Of a stretch of 45,926 nt of DNA, positions 36,550-44,981 are shown piece by piece. Source of the stretch: a virus; UHGV virus genome UHGV-0253013, one strand, 5' to 3'. The notes beneath the pieces were generated by a model. That model had not been told where the DNA came from, did no database searches, and saw nothing but the letters and a program-made list of their open reading frames with translations. Numbering within the stretch: position 1 is the stretch's first letter; the number at the start of each line of letters is the position of its first letter. The translations under genes and the position numbers were made by a program.

Positions 36550-36706
36550 GTAAATTTTATTGGTGTTTGTATTGTTGCATCTCCTGTAATAGTCGCTTCT
36601 ATTGTTGCGTTTGGTGGAAGTGTCGCTTTTTGACGACACTAATCTAAAGTTGTACGCTGCTACACAGCAGCGTAAGTCACTCAGTAAAATCTCAAACTAT
36701 TGAACA

Positions 36707-36892
36707 TCACACCTCCGGCGGCTCAGGTAACGGCATCCAGTGCGTTATATCACCGTGATATAAACTCTTTGCAGGCCCCCAGTAGCCATCTGAATTAACA
36801 CGCATAACCTCACAGCCAACAAAACAATCAGTTACAAGAACGTATTCATAAGGCTCCGGCATCCGCTCACTACACTTAATCCACTCACCCAT
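36707..36892 (-). CDS. DUF551-like protein
   Basis: C-terminal HWMPLPEPP and N-terminal WIKCSERMPE match the DUF551 small phage protein pattern. Confidence 0.5.
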   Translation of the reverse strand: MGEWIKCSERMPEPYEYVLVTDCFVGCEVMRVNSDGYWGPAKSLYHGDITHWMPLPEPPEV

Positions 36893-37042
36893 AAATCACC
36901 TCTGATTAGCGATAAACAACACACCAGCTTTCCACGCCCGCCACGCGAGACGCGTCTTAACGTTCAGGTACTCTTTCTTTGAACCCTTGTAAACCGGCAG
37001 ACCCTCGACGACGGCCCAACGTTCGAATGCTTCTCTCATAAC

Positions 37043-37309
37043 TTAGTCCTCATCATCTTCTAAGTCAGGGTACACTATGAAATCCCCAAGCCTTTGCAAC
37101 TCAGCACCCGCCATAAAGTAACCAAGTGCCTCGGCTCTTTCGGAATCTGTTTTAAACTCAGATAAAGGATATCTTTCATAGAACTTGTTAATTAACTTAG
37201 TCAAATCGTAATTATTCACGGCAACCTCCCTCAGAGTCGTCGGCACGAACATCACGATTCGATGCCGTTGTGTATCTCCCTGTCTTATTACAGGAATCCA
37301 GTACATCAC
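37043..37309 (-). CDS. hypothetical protein
   Basis: ORF in the early leftward operon with acidic C-terminus. Confidence 0.4.
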   Translation of the reverse strand: MMYWIPVIRQGDTQRHRIVMFVPTTLREVAVNNYDLTKLINKFYERYPLSEFKTDSERAEALGYFMAGAELQRLGDFIVYPDLEDDED

Positions 37310-37342
37310 CGATATTATCGTTAGCTGTAATTAGGATTGGCA

Positions 37343-37540
37343 TCAATTTGCTCCTTTGAATTTAAAATTGTTGCCGATGAGTTTTAACCCATTAGCTTCG
37401 TAATAAACCGAAGAATTTAATCCGCCCCGCCTGATATAACGGATGATATAGGACCCTGGGTATGCGACAGACTCTTTTACGACAACACCAAAGCCATATG
37501 CTGTTTTCACCAACTGACCCTTCTTAAACATAACCCTCAC
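37343..37540 (-). CDS. hypothetical protein
   Basis: First ORF downstream of the class A promoter at 37566-37594. Confidence 0.4.
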   Translation of the reverse strand: MRVMFKKGQLVKTAYGFGVVVKESVAYPGSYIIRYIRRGGLNSSVYYEANGLKLIGNNFKFKGAN

Positions 37541-37565
37541 TCCTCTGTCTCATTTCGATAAGTGA

Positions 37566-37594
37566 ATAGTACCCTATTATATTGGGGTGTGCAA
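37566..37594 (-). promoter_or_regulatory. sigma70-like promoter, class A (TTGCAC-N17-TACTAT, minus strand)
   Basis: Minus-strand read CTTGCACACCCCAATATAATAGGGTACTATTCACTTA, matching the 15203 copy over about 35 nt. Confidence 0.55.
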
Positions 37595-37821
37595 GAGAAT
37601 AGTTACGTTGCCGTTGTGATTCTTCGGGGAAGGTTGTGCCTTTATTCTTATTACTTGGTAACTAAAGGGCAGGCCTTAAGCCTGCCCAATAATCGTTACA
37701 TTTTTACGGTTGCGAATCTACGGCACATTAAGAAACAGTAGATATTTCAGCGGGTTACTTCTTTAAATGAGATTTAGATACACTTATCCTTAAACCCCAA
37801 GGCAAGCATCTCAGCTGTCTG

Positions 37822-37862
37822 GGAGGGGTTGACGAATCCCTCGGGGAGGGTTCGTCAACTCC
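37822..37862. repeat. imperfect inverted repeat centred on TTGACGAA / TTCGTCAA in the divergent control region
   Basis: GGAGGGGTTGACGAATCCCTC followed directly by GGGGAGGGTTCGTCAACTCC; arms pair over about 17 bp with small bulges. Confidence 0.5.
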
Positions 37863-37952
37863 GTAATATATACAAGTCCCAAAACCATTATACAAACATG
37901 TGTCAAGAACTTTCAATAACATTTTTGTAAAGATTAAATATTACAGAGATTG

Positions 37953-37981
37953 GTTGCTTTTACATTCCCGCTATCCTATAC
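37953..37981 (+). promoter_or_regulatory. sigma70-like promoter for the rightward replication genes (TTGCTT-N17-TATACT)
   Basis: TTGCTT at 37953-37958, 17-nt spacer, TATACT at 37976-37981; about 30 nt upstream of the ATG at 38014. Confidence 0.45.
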
Positions 37982-38013
37982 TCGGTTTCGCTAAACAAAC
38001 AGGAGATATAAAA

Positions 38014-38196
38014 ATGTCGCATTATATGACGCAGAATGAAGTAGCTGAACGTATCGGGGTGACACGTCAGACAATTAATAACTGGTTGCGCAGCGGCAAA
38101 TTCCCTGACTGCTGTATTAAGGTTATGGGCCGCCGTTTACCGGGAACATTTGACCGTAATAAAGTCGAAGCATGGATTAAGGAGAACGTGAAATGA
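38014..38196 (+). CDS. small HTH DNA-binding protein (AlpA/excisionase-like fold)
   Basis: ATG at 38014 after AGGAG; MSHYMTQNEVAERIGVTRQTINNWLRSGKFP is a typical small phage HTH regulator sequence. Confidence 0.55.
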   Translation: MSHYMTQNEVAERIGVTRQTINNWLRSGKFPDCCIKVMGRRLPGTFDRNKVEAWIKENVK

Positions 38197-38483
38197 AAGG
38201 CGTAATTTTCCACAATAAAGCAGAAAACGAAGTGTATATGGTTCACTCCGTGGCCGGAGAGTTCGCTTTATGCTTCAATATCTCTTGCCATCTTGATACC
38301 TACCGGCCTTTCTGCGTAGAAACAGAAATGAAGCTAATTAGCTTACGCCAACTAAGCACCATGTCGGCATCGCTTAACGTAAGAGATAATCTCGAGTATA
38401 TCGACTTCTATTTCGGCGATGATTTGGTCGAGGAATATTTTGAAGAGTATAAAAATTTGCTGGAAGGGTTGGCTAAACGGTAA
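38193..38483 (+). CDS. hypothetical protein
   Basis: ATGA-coupled ORF after the HTH gene. Confidence 0.4.
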   Translation: MKGVIFHNKAENEVYMVHSVAGEFALCFNISCHLDTYRPFCVETEMKLISLRQLSTMSASLNVRDNLEYIDFYFGDDLVEEYFEEYKNLLEGLAKR

Positions 38484-38552
38484 AAAGAAACCCCAACGCA
38501 AGAACGTCGGGGCCAAAGCACAAATCATCAAAGTAAGCACAAGGATTATACA

Positions 38553-38681
38553 ATGACGAAGTTAATAGTTCCACAGCTGCGCCGACAGAAACACGGCGCC
38601 GATTTCTTCGCGCCGGTAAAGATGAACCGCGCAATGCGCCGTATGCAGGAAGCCTTAGAACGTGCGGAGAAAAAGAAATGA
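38553..38681 (+). CDS. small basic protein (42 aa)
   Basis: ATG after AAGGA; stop overlaps the start of the primase/helicase gene; below the track size cut-off. Confidence 0.3.
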   Translation: MTKLIVPQLRRQKHGADFFAPVKMNRAMRRMQEALERAEKKK

Positions 38682-40900
38682 ATATTGTTTTTGCAACGCT
38701 GCGTAACACATTCGATAAAAACCCTGTAGCGCGTGAAATGCCGCTGGAGCAGTTTGTCGAGTATGTCTGCGATACATCGAAGCGTTTATCCGTGGACCCG
38801 TCATGGACTAAGGAAGAGTACGACGCTGCCAAGATTAAACAGAAAGCTATTGCGCCTGTTGGTGGTCGCCGTAAAAACGCTATCCTGGAAGACAGTGTGG
38901 TTAAGTTCGATTTCGACCATCTCAACCGTACTCAGTACCGCGACCTGACACGCAAATTCAAGAACGCGCCGTTCTTCAATATTCTGCACACAACGGCATC
39001 GCATCAGCACGCATGTAAAAACGGATATTACGCTTTCCGCGTTCTGGTTCCAGCTCGCACGCCGTTTAACTCTAACGACGCGTGGATGGTGCAACGTGCT
39101 ATTTGTGCAGAGTTAGAAATAGACGAAGCGTTGCGCGACCACTGCACAGAAGACGGCAACCGCCTTATCTACCTGCCGCATAAAGAGTCGAAGATAACGG
39201 TCACAGAAGGGCGCGTTATCCGCGCCGAGCGGTACATCAAGAAAGCCGAAGAGATGGGGTTGCGTAAGCGTGAGGCTAAAACACTTGCCGCTGATGAGCA
39301 TGGGCTTAACGCGGATATAGCACACTTCTGCGAAGCCGAGCTTGGCCTTGACGCTTTATCTTCCGGGCGCGGGTACGAAGTGCCATGCCCTAACGAACAT
39401 CTGCATACAGGCAAGGGCTCCACCAGCATAATGCTCGACGGTAAAGAAGTGCGCTTTGTCTGCCAGCATACAAACAACGGCGCTTGCACCGAGCTTAACC
39501 GTAGGCAGCATTTGGCCCTGCGTATGTGTGGCCTACCCGACGAGCTTAACGTAGATAAGCAACCTATCAGCATTAACAGCATTCGTGCGGCTCTGCCTGA
39601 TTTACCGGAAGAAGAGATTGAAGAACTACACCGCACAGAGAACGAGGACCCAGTAACTTGCAGCCTCGACGACCTGGAAGACGATGCGGAATCAGAGGAG
39701 GACGAGTTACCAGAACCGGTAAAGGCTGATTTCGTCGTTGAAGGGTACATGCCGTCGGATTGCATCTGGGATATCGTCGGGGAGTCGGGCACATACAAAT
39801 CGTTCTATACGCTGGGGATGATGTATCTTAGCGCCGCCGGATACCGGTTCGCCGGGGCGGACACCCAGCGTTGCCATCACTTCTATATTGATGGTGAAGG
39901 TGGTGCGGCTACACGTACACGTATCGATGCACTCGCGGCTAAATACGGCGAGGAAGGTAAAGATTATGTACATGTCATCGACATGGGTGAAGTCGGCAAA
40001 CTGAAAAACCTGATTAAGTTGATGCGTGAAACTGCTGGCGACGAGCCAATTGGGATGGTCGCGTTCGACACCCTTAACCAGACCCTGGCTCTGACGATTG
40101 ATAAGTTCGATGAGAACAGTTCATCGACGGCAATCGGCATGGGTAAAGTTATCGCCATCCTGAAAGAAGTACGCGACGCAACTAAAGCCGCGGTAGGCGT
40201 CGTCCACCATACCCCGAAGGGTGGAAAGAAAGCCCGTGGCAGTGGCGCGCTGTACGCAGGCGTCGATGTGGAACTGACAATTGAACGCGCAACCGACCGT
40301 CAGATAAATGTATACCACTCTAAATTTAAGCACGGGCCTCAACAGAAGACGGTTGGTATGGTGCTGGAGTCGGTACAGTTCCGTGAAGCCCCGCCGCCGA
40401 AAGAGTACCGTGCGGTTGAGTTCCTGGGTAGCACAGAGGAATACGGCACAATCGTAAACCTGGACCTTCCTGAGCCGCACAAGGCACTTGTGCTGATGCC
40501 GTGGGGATTCGAGCCGTTCAAGACCGACGAAGAGAAAGAGCGGGAAGAAGGGTTGACTAACGAAGGTAAGCAAAAAGTAAAGGAAGAAGTTAAACGCGGC
40601 AGGGATGAAGTAAGGAAGGAGTCAATACTTTCGGCACTGGAAGACCTGCAACAGTCAGATGACACAGGTCGCGGTTTTACTCAGCAGCAGATAGTTGCCC
40701 GTTCCGGTGACTTTTCTGTGACTAACACCCATCTTGATAAAATGCTGAAAGATGGCGAACTAATGCTAGGCTGTGACGTTAACGGCGAAGTAGTGCCGAG
40801 AACGTATCGTATACCTGAAAGAATAGGGGATAGACTAAGGCCGAAGACAATATACGAACCGAATGAAATGCTGGTGGTGACAGAGGAGGATTTGGAGTAG
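38678..40900 (+). CDS. primase/helicase-like replication protein with RecA-type ATPase domain
   Basis: 740 aa; Walker A GESGTYKS, Walker B-like GMVAFDTL, VGVVHHTPKGG; N-terminal domain with Cys/His cluster; acidic linker. Confidence 0.65.
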   Translation: MNIVFATLRNTFDKNPVAREMPLEQFVEYVCDTSKRLSVDPSWTKEEYDAAKIKQKAIAPVGGRRKNAILEDSVVKFDFDHLNRTQYRDLTRKFKNAPFFNILHTTASHQHACKNGYYAFRVLVPARTPFNSNDAWMVQRAICAELEIDEALRDHCTEDGNRLIYLPHKESKITVTEGRVIRAERYIKKAEEMGLRKREAKTLAADEHGLNADIAHFCEAELGLDALSSGRGYEVPCPNEHLHTGKGSTSIMLDGKEVRFVCQHTNNGACTELNRRQHLALRMCGLPDELNVDKQPISINSIRAALPDLPEEEIEELHRTENEDPVTCSLDDLEDDAESEEDELPEPVKADFVVEGYMPSDCIWDIVGESGTYKSFYTLGMMYLSAAGYRFAGADTQRCHHFYIDGEGGAATRTRIDALAAKYGEEGKDYVHVIDMGEVGKLKNLIKLMRETAGDEPIGMVAFDTLNQTLALTIDKFDENSSSTAIGMGKVIAILKEVRDATKAAVGVVHHTPKGGKKARGSGALYAGVDVELTIERATDRQINVYHSKFKHGPQQKTVGMVLESVQFREAPPPKEYRAVEFLGSTEEYGTIVNLDLPEPHKALVLMPWGFEPFKTDEEKEREEGLTNEGKQKVKEEVKRGRDEVRKESILSALEDLQQSDDTGRGFTQQQIVARSGDFSVTNTHLDKMLKDGELMLGCDVNGEVVPRTYRIPERIGDRLRPKTIYEPNEMLVVTEEDLE

Positions 40901-40909
40901 GTAAAAAGA

Positions 40910-40927
40910 AAGGGGCATTAAGCCCCT
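40910..40927. terminator. bidirectional terminator between convergent genes
   Basis: AAGGGGC-ATTA-GCCCCTT hairpin between the primase/helicase stop (40900) and the leftward XRE gene stop (40918). Confidence 0.5.
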
Positions 40928-41133
40928 TCACCTAGCGCCAGCCACTTGGCGTCTACCTCCAGCACTTCCGCCAGTTTAAACAGCGTTGCCGGGCGGACGT
41001 CCTGGGTTACCCCAAGTGCCAGCTGGTTAATTGCGCCCTGGGAAACCCCGGTCAGCACCGCCAGACGGCGCTGGGAAATACCGAGTTCTTTACGGCGCTG
41101 TTCTACACGGATGCCTAGTTCAGATGGTTGCAT
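40918..41133 (-). CDS. XRE-family HTH transcriptional regulator (Cro/CI-like)
   Basis: RRKELGISQRRLAVLTGVSQGAINQLALG is a canonical XRE helix-turn-helix; the only leftward gene in the rightward replication block. Confidence 0.7.
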   Translation of the reverse strand: MQPSELGIRVEQRRKELGISQRRLAVLTGVSQGAINQLALGVTQDVRPATLFKLAEVLEVDAKWLALGEGA

Positions 41134-41197
41134 GTCAATTACTCCTTAGTCAGTTGATATGTGAATAGTACCATATTAATTATTTTAGAAAAGCCCG

Positions 41198-41226
41198 TTG
41201 ACAAGTGAATAGTTCGCTATTATAGT
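41198..41226 (+). promoter_or_regulatory. sigma70-like promoter, class B (TTGACA-N17-TATAGT) with embedded operator-like inverted repeat
   Basis: TTGACA at 41198-41203, spacer AGTGAATAGTTCGCTAT, TATAGT at 41221-41226; a related GTGAATAGTACCATATTAAT element lies at 41161-41180. Confidence 0.55.
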
Positions 41227-41256
41227 TAGCCCATACCAAACGAGAGGGTACGCGAC

Positions 41257-41757
41257 ATGGATACCAAATACATTAAAACGTCTATGTTCAGTTATGAACC
41301 AGAAACTGGAGTACTTCGATGGGCTGTAAAGAGGGGCAAGGTTAAACCAGGAGACGAGGCCGGATGTTTGGCCAAAACATGCGGGTATAGAATGGTTAGA
41401 CTAGACGGTGTGTTAACCCCGGTACACAGGATAGTATGGGATATGCTTAATCCTACGGATAAACTACAAGAAGGTGACGAAATAGACCATATAGACCACG
41501 ATAAACTTAATAACCGAGCTTCTAATCTTAGAAAAGTTTGCCACCTATCAAATATGCACAACAGGTCAAAGCACAAGAACAACACATCAGGTGTAACCGG
41601 CGTGTCTTGGGTGGGGAAGCAAAATAAGTGGTATGCGTACATATACAAAAAAGGTACAAATTACAACTTAGGATACTTTTCAAAATTTGAAGATGCTGTT
41701 TTCGCAAGAAAAGAAGCAGAAATAAAACTCAACTTCCATAAAAATCACGGAGAATGA
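41257..41757 (+). CDS. HNH homing endonuclease with AP2-like domain (paralog 3 of 3)
   Basis: EIDHIDHDKLNNRASNLRKV HNH motif; C-terminal SGVTGVSW...YFSKFEDAVFARKEAE...NFHKNHGE parallels the other two paralogs. Confidence 0.8.
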   Translation: MDTKYIKTSMFSYEPETGVLRWAVKRGKVKPGDEAGCLAKTCGYRMVRLDGVLTPVHRIVWDMLNPTDKLQEGDEIDHIDHDKLNNRASNLRKVCHLSNMHNRSKHKNNTSGVTGVSWVGKQNKWYAYIYKKGTNYNLGYFSKFEDAVFARKEAEIKLNFHKNHGE

Positions 41758-41760
41758 ACC

Positions 41761-42243
41761 ATGTTAGAACAATTTATTAAATTACTGGAACGTTTCGTAG
41801 TCGCCCATGAACTGATTGCTGCGAATAGTGCGAAACAAGTTAATGTTGCAAAAACTGCATTAGTCGCAGAGGTCGTTGAACAAACCGCAACAATCGAGAC
41901 AGCAAAAGAAAGCCCGGTTGAAGGTGAAGACATCGTCGACACTAAACCGGCAGAAGAAGAGAAGCCAAAACGTAAGCCGCGTAAAGCTAAAGTAGAGGAG
42001 TCGACGCCAGAACCAGAAGAAGAGAAAGAAGAGGTCGATTACCAGTCTCTTCGTGACCAGATTCAGGCTATCGACGATGCAATTAACGAAGGTCCGAGTG
42101 ATGCCGCGTGCGACGATTCTGATGAACTGCTGGAAGAGTTTACCGGTAAGAAAATGAAGATTGCTGCGATTAAAGACGAAGACCTGGCTGAATACCTGGA
42201 ACGTCTGACGGCAATCAAGAACAAGTATTTCGAAGAAGAATAA
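41761..42243 (+). CDS. highly acidic protein
   Basis: 160 aa with long Glu/Asp-rich stretches (EPEEEKEEVDYQ, DDSDELLEEF). Confidence 0.45.
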   Translation: MLEQFIKLLERFVVAHELIAANSAKQVNVAKTALVAEVVEQTATIETAKESPVEGEDIVDTKPAEEEKPKRKPRKAKVEESTPEPEEEKEEVDYQSLRDQIQAIDDAINEGPSDAACDDSDELLEEFTGKKMKIAAIKDEDLAEYLERLTAIKNKYFEEE

Positions 42244-42286
42244 TTATCTCGCGGCCTTCGGGCCGCTTTAACTGAGGGTCGGAATA

Positions 42287-42502
42287 ATGAGTAACGTATA
42301 CAAAGTAATAAACGAACAAATAGTTGTAGAAATAAGTGACTCATATGTGGGTTGTCAGCGATTCTTTGTTTTGAATGGTGCGTGGCGCGGGACTCTTGAC
42401 TATGCCGCTGGCGAATATTGGGCGGACATGTACCCAACCGATAAAACGGCGGTACATACAATTCGTCCCGCCGTTAAAGGTGAATTTGCGCCGTACTACT
42501 GA
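42287..42502 (+). CDS. hypothetical protein
   Basis: ORF preceded by the conserved leader ACTGAGGGTCGGAATAATGA. Confidence 0.4.
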   Translation: MSNVYKVINEQIVVEISDSYVGCQRFFVLNGAWRGTLDYAAGEYWADMYPTDKTAVHTIRPAVKGEFAPYY

Positions 42503-42513
42503 GGGTCGGAATT

Positions 42514-42717
42514 ATGACTATTTTAGCTAAGAAAAGTGGTCTTATGATTTCTGGCAGTGTTGTCGCTGAAAATGATTTGGTTTACGTATTTCAGGCGGTA
42601 GACAACAAACACCCTACGACGGTCAAGAAGGCCAGCAAAGTTGAGAAGGTTTTCGACGGCGATTTTTCTATTGACGATGTTTTCACGTGGATTAATTCTG
42701 CGAGGGTAAGGAAATGA
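42514..42717 (+). CDS. hypothetical protein
   Basis: ORF preceded by a second copy of the conserved leader (ACTGAGGGTCGGAATTATGA). Confidence 0.4.
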   Translation: MTILAKKSGLMISGSVVAENDLVYVFQAVDNKHPTTVKKASKVEKVFDGDFSIDDVFTWINSARVRK

Positions 42718-42986
42718 TTTACCAACTCTACCGCGCCGTCGACAGGCGGGACAACACAGAGGCACTATGGCTGTTGCGTGCGCCGTCCGGAGCGCACCAG
42801 ATGGAAGAGATGGCTTACTTAGGCAAAGTACCGCGGCCTAAAGATATAGGCCGTCACGTGTCACAGATTAAGCGCACGACTTTCGCCAAACCTGACTTTT
42901 ATGTCTTCGAGTCTATGTATGGGTGGGCTATGCTTTGTGATCATAAGACACGACATTTAATCGACCAGTGGGAGAACAGGGTATGA
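42714..42986 (+). CDS. hypothetical protein
   Basis: ATGA-coupled ORF upstream of the DUF2800-like gene. Confidence 0.4.
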   Translation: MIYQLYRAVDRRDNTEALWLLRAPSGAHQMEEMAYLGKVPRPKDIGRHVSQIKRTTFAKPDFYVFESMYGWAMLCDHKTRHLIDQWENRV

Positions 42987-44224
42987 TTTTAAAAGAACGC
43001 GGTGGTAATAACGATGTGCACGCCCTGCTGTCGCCGTCTGGTGCTAAAAAGTGGCTGAGTTGTGCCGCGTCACTGGCCTGTGAAAAAGGTATTCCTAACA
43101 CATCCGGTAAATCCGCCGTTACAGGAACCGCGTGCCACACTATAGCTGAGGTCCATCTTAACCAGTACATCAAAGGCACTGCGTTGCCGTTAGAGCGTGA
43201 AGTCGGCGCTTACGTGCTGGATGAGGGCAGAGGCCAGATTAAGGCACTAATCGGTCCGATGAAAGGCGCGGTACTTATTACGGCGGACATGATTGAACAG
43301 GTGCGCAAGTACACCGACTACTGCAAAGCGATTATAGATGTAGCGACTTACGCTAAGCTGGAAATGCGCGTCAATCTTACTGAGGTATTGCATCCGGGGT
43401 ATGAAGGCGTTGAGACGTTCGGGACTGCTGACCTTGTTGCCGTACAGGAACTGGCTAACACAGACGAACATATTCTCATTATCGGCGACCTGAAAACAGG
43501 ACGGCATCGTGTCGAAGCGAAAGAAAACAAGCAGCTTATGCTTTACGCTCTCGGTGTTTATCGCCGACTCAAGAGGCGTTATAACATCACCGTGGTTCGT
43601 CTGGTAATTTTCCAGCCGTGCGCTGGTGGTGCGTCGGAGTGGGACATCTCGGTTGAAGGCCTTGAACTGTTCGCTAAGTTTGCACAAAAACGAGCACTGT
43701 TAGCGCTCGATGCCTATTCCCGCGGCAAGAAGAACCTGAAAGCGTCTGACTTTAAGCCGTCGGTCGATGGTTGTCAGTGGTGTCGGTTCTCTGAACAATG
43801 CGCCGCGCGTACAAAAACCGTTAACGCTGTACTGGCGGAAGAACTGGAGGACGACTTTGCGCTGGAACTGACGCCGGAGCAACTTGTAGCTGAGTATGAG
43901 AAGTTGCCGTTGTTGCGCCAGCACATCGACAAGGTTGAGAAAGCTATGGCTGCCGCGCTGCATTCCGGTAAGAAAGTGCCGGGGTACAAACTGGTAGAAG
44001 GACGCCCAGGTAATCGTGCGTGGAAAGACGCGGAGAAAGTTGCTGGCAAGTATGGCATAGCGCTAATGAAGCAAGTGCTCATGACGCCAACCGAAGCTGT
44101 TAAAGTCATACCGGAAGATGAACTGAAAGACTTCATTACCCGTAAGCCAGGAGCGCCATGTGTCGCAACGGCAAACGACAAACGTCCTGAGTGGAATCGG
44201 GTTAGTGAAGAAGATTTAGAATAA
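42968..44224 (+). CDS. PD-(D/E)xK nuclease, DUF2800/Cas4-like
   Basis: N-terminal HALLSPSGAKKWLSC is the DUF2800 signature; C-terminal Cys cluster CQWCRFSEQC; sits upstream of the DUF2815-like and polymerase genes. Confidence 0.65.
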   Translation: MGEQGMILKERGGNNDVHALLSPSGAKKWLSCAASLACEKGIPNTSGKSAVTGTACHTIAEVHLNQYIKGTALPLEREVGAYVLDEGRGQIKALIGPMKGAVLITADMIEQVRKYTDYCKAIIDVATYAKLEMRVNLTEVLHPGYEGVETFGTADLVAVQELANTDEHILIIGDLKTGRHRVEAKENKQLMLYALGVYRRLKRRYNITVVRLVIFQPCAGGASEWDISVEGLELFAKFAQKRALLALDAYSRGKKNLKASDFKPSVDGCQWCRFSEQCAARTKTVNAVLAEELEDDFALELTPEQLVAEYEKLPLLRQHIDKVEKAMAAALHSGKKVPGYKLVEGRPGNRAWKDAEKVAGKYGIALMKQVLMTPTEAVKVIPEDELKDFITRKPGAPCVATANDKRPEWNRVSEEDLE

Positions 44225-44228
44225 AGTG

Positions 44229-44257
44229 TTGACACCTGAATAGTTAGCTATTATAGT
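44229..44257 (+). promoter_or_regulatory. sigma70-like promoter, class B (TTGACA-N17-TATAGT) with embedded operator-like inverted repeat
   Basis: TTGACA at 44229-44234, spacer CCTGAATAGTTAGCTAT, TATAGT at 44252-44257; same architecture as the 41198 copy. Confidence 0.55.
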
Positions 44258-44311
44258 TCTAATCACTGGCCTGGCAGCTTCCAGGAGTAAACTGAAAAGC
44301 GAGAAATTAAG

Positions 44312-44938
44312 ATGGGAATTAAACTGAATCTGCGTAAAGTAAACACTGCATGGGTTAACGTATTCGAACGCGAAAAAGACCGTGAAAACGATGATGGCTC
44401 CATCACTAAAGGCCAGTATAGCGCGACTATCATCCTGCCGCCTGACCACGCTCAAATCGATGCACTCTACGACACTGTTTACGCTGTAGTTGAAGAAGCG
44501 TTAGGCGCAGCTGCTGCCGAGAAATGGATGAAGTCCAACTACGGCGAAGGTAAGCACATGGATAAATGCGCGATTAAAGACATTGCTGAGCGTGATAACC
44601 CGTTTGAAGACTTCCCAGAAGGCTTCTACTTCAAAGCGAAGGCGCAGAAGCAGCCGCTGATTGTAACCTCTAAAAAAGGTGAGACTCAGGTGGAGCAGGA
44701 CTTCAACGTAGACGGCGAACAGATTGAAGGCGAACAGGTTTACAGTGGCTGTGTCGCTAACGTAAGCGTCGAAATCTGGTTCAGCCAGAAATATAAAGTT
44801 CTCGGGGTTAACCTGCTGGCGATTAAGTACGTCGGTGAAGGTAAAGCGTTCGGCGGTTCTAAAGTCGCCGCAAGCGTCGACGACCTGGAAGACGACGAAG
44901 AAGATGAAGCACCGCGCCGCGAACGTCGCCGCCGTTAA
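44312..44938 (+). CDS. DUF2815-like protein (putative ssDNA-binding protein)
   Basis: 208 aa with acidic C-terminal tail (DDLEDDEEDEAPRRERRRR); placed between the DUF2800-like nuclease and the polymerase. Confidence 0.55.
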   Translation: MGIKLNLRKVNTAWVNVFEREKDRENDDGSITKGQYSATIILPPDHAQIDALYDTVYAVVEEALGAAAAEKWMKSNYGEGKHMDKCAIKDIAERDNPFEDFPEGFYFKAKAQKQPLIVTSKKGETQVEQDFNVDGEQIEGEQVYSGCVANVSVEIWFSQKYKVLGVNLLAIKYVGEGKAFGGSKVAASVDDLEDDEEDEAPRRERRRR

Positions 44939-44957
44939 TATCTGAATAAATTTAACT

Positions 44958-44981
44958 AAGGCCCTTCATTGGGCCTTTTTA
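44958..44981 (+). terminator. rho-independent terminator / attenuator
   Basis: AAGGCCC-TTCATT-GGGCCTT hairpin followed by TTTT; between the DUF2815-like and polymerase genes. Confidence 0.5.

Noticed and set aside
37667-37687. GGGCAGGC-CTTAA-GCCTGCCC hairpin as a transcription terminator
   Set aside because: No gene converges on it from either side and it lies upstream of the leftward promoter; more likely part of the control region structure.
39169-39798. 209-aa minus-strand ORF
   Set aside because: Antisense to the primase/helicase gene; Ser/Arg-rich low-complexity product.
40918-41133. XRE protein as a lysogeny repressor (temperate lifestyle)
   Set aside because: No integrase, excisionase, recombinase or attachment-site-like sequence in the window; the genome otherwise resembles a virulent siphovirus.
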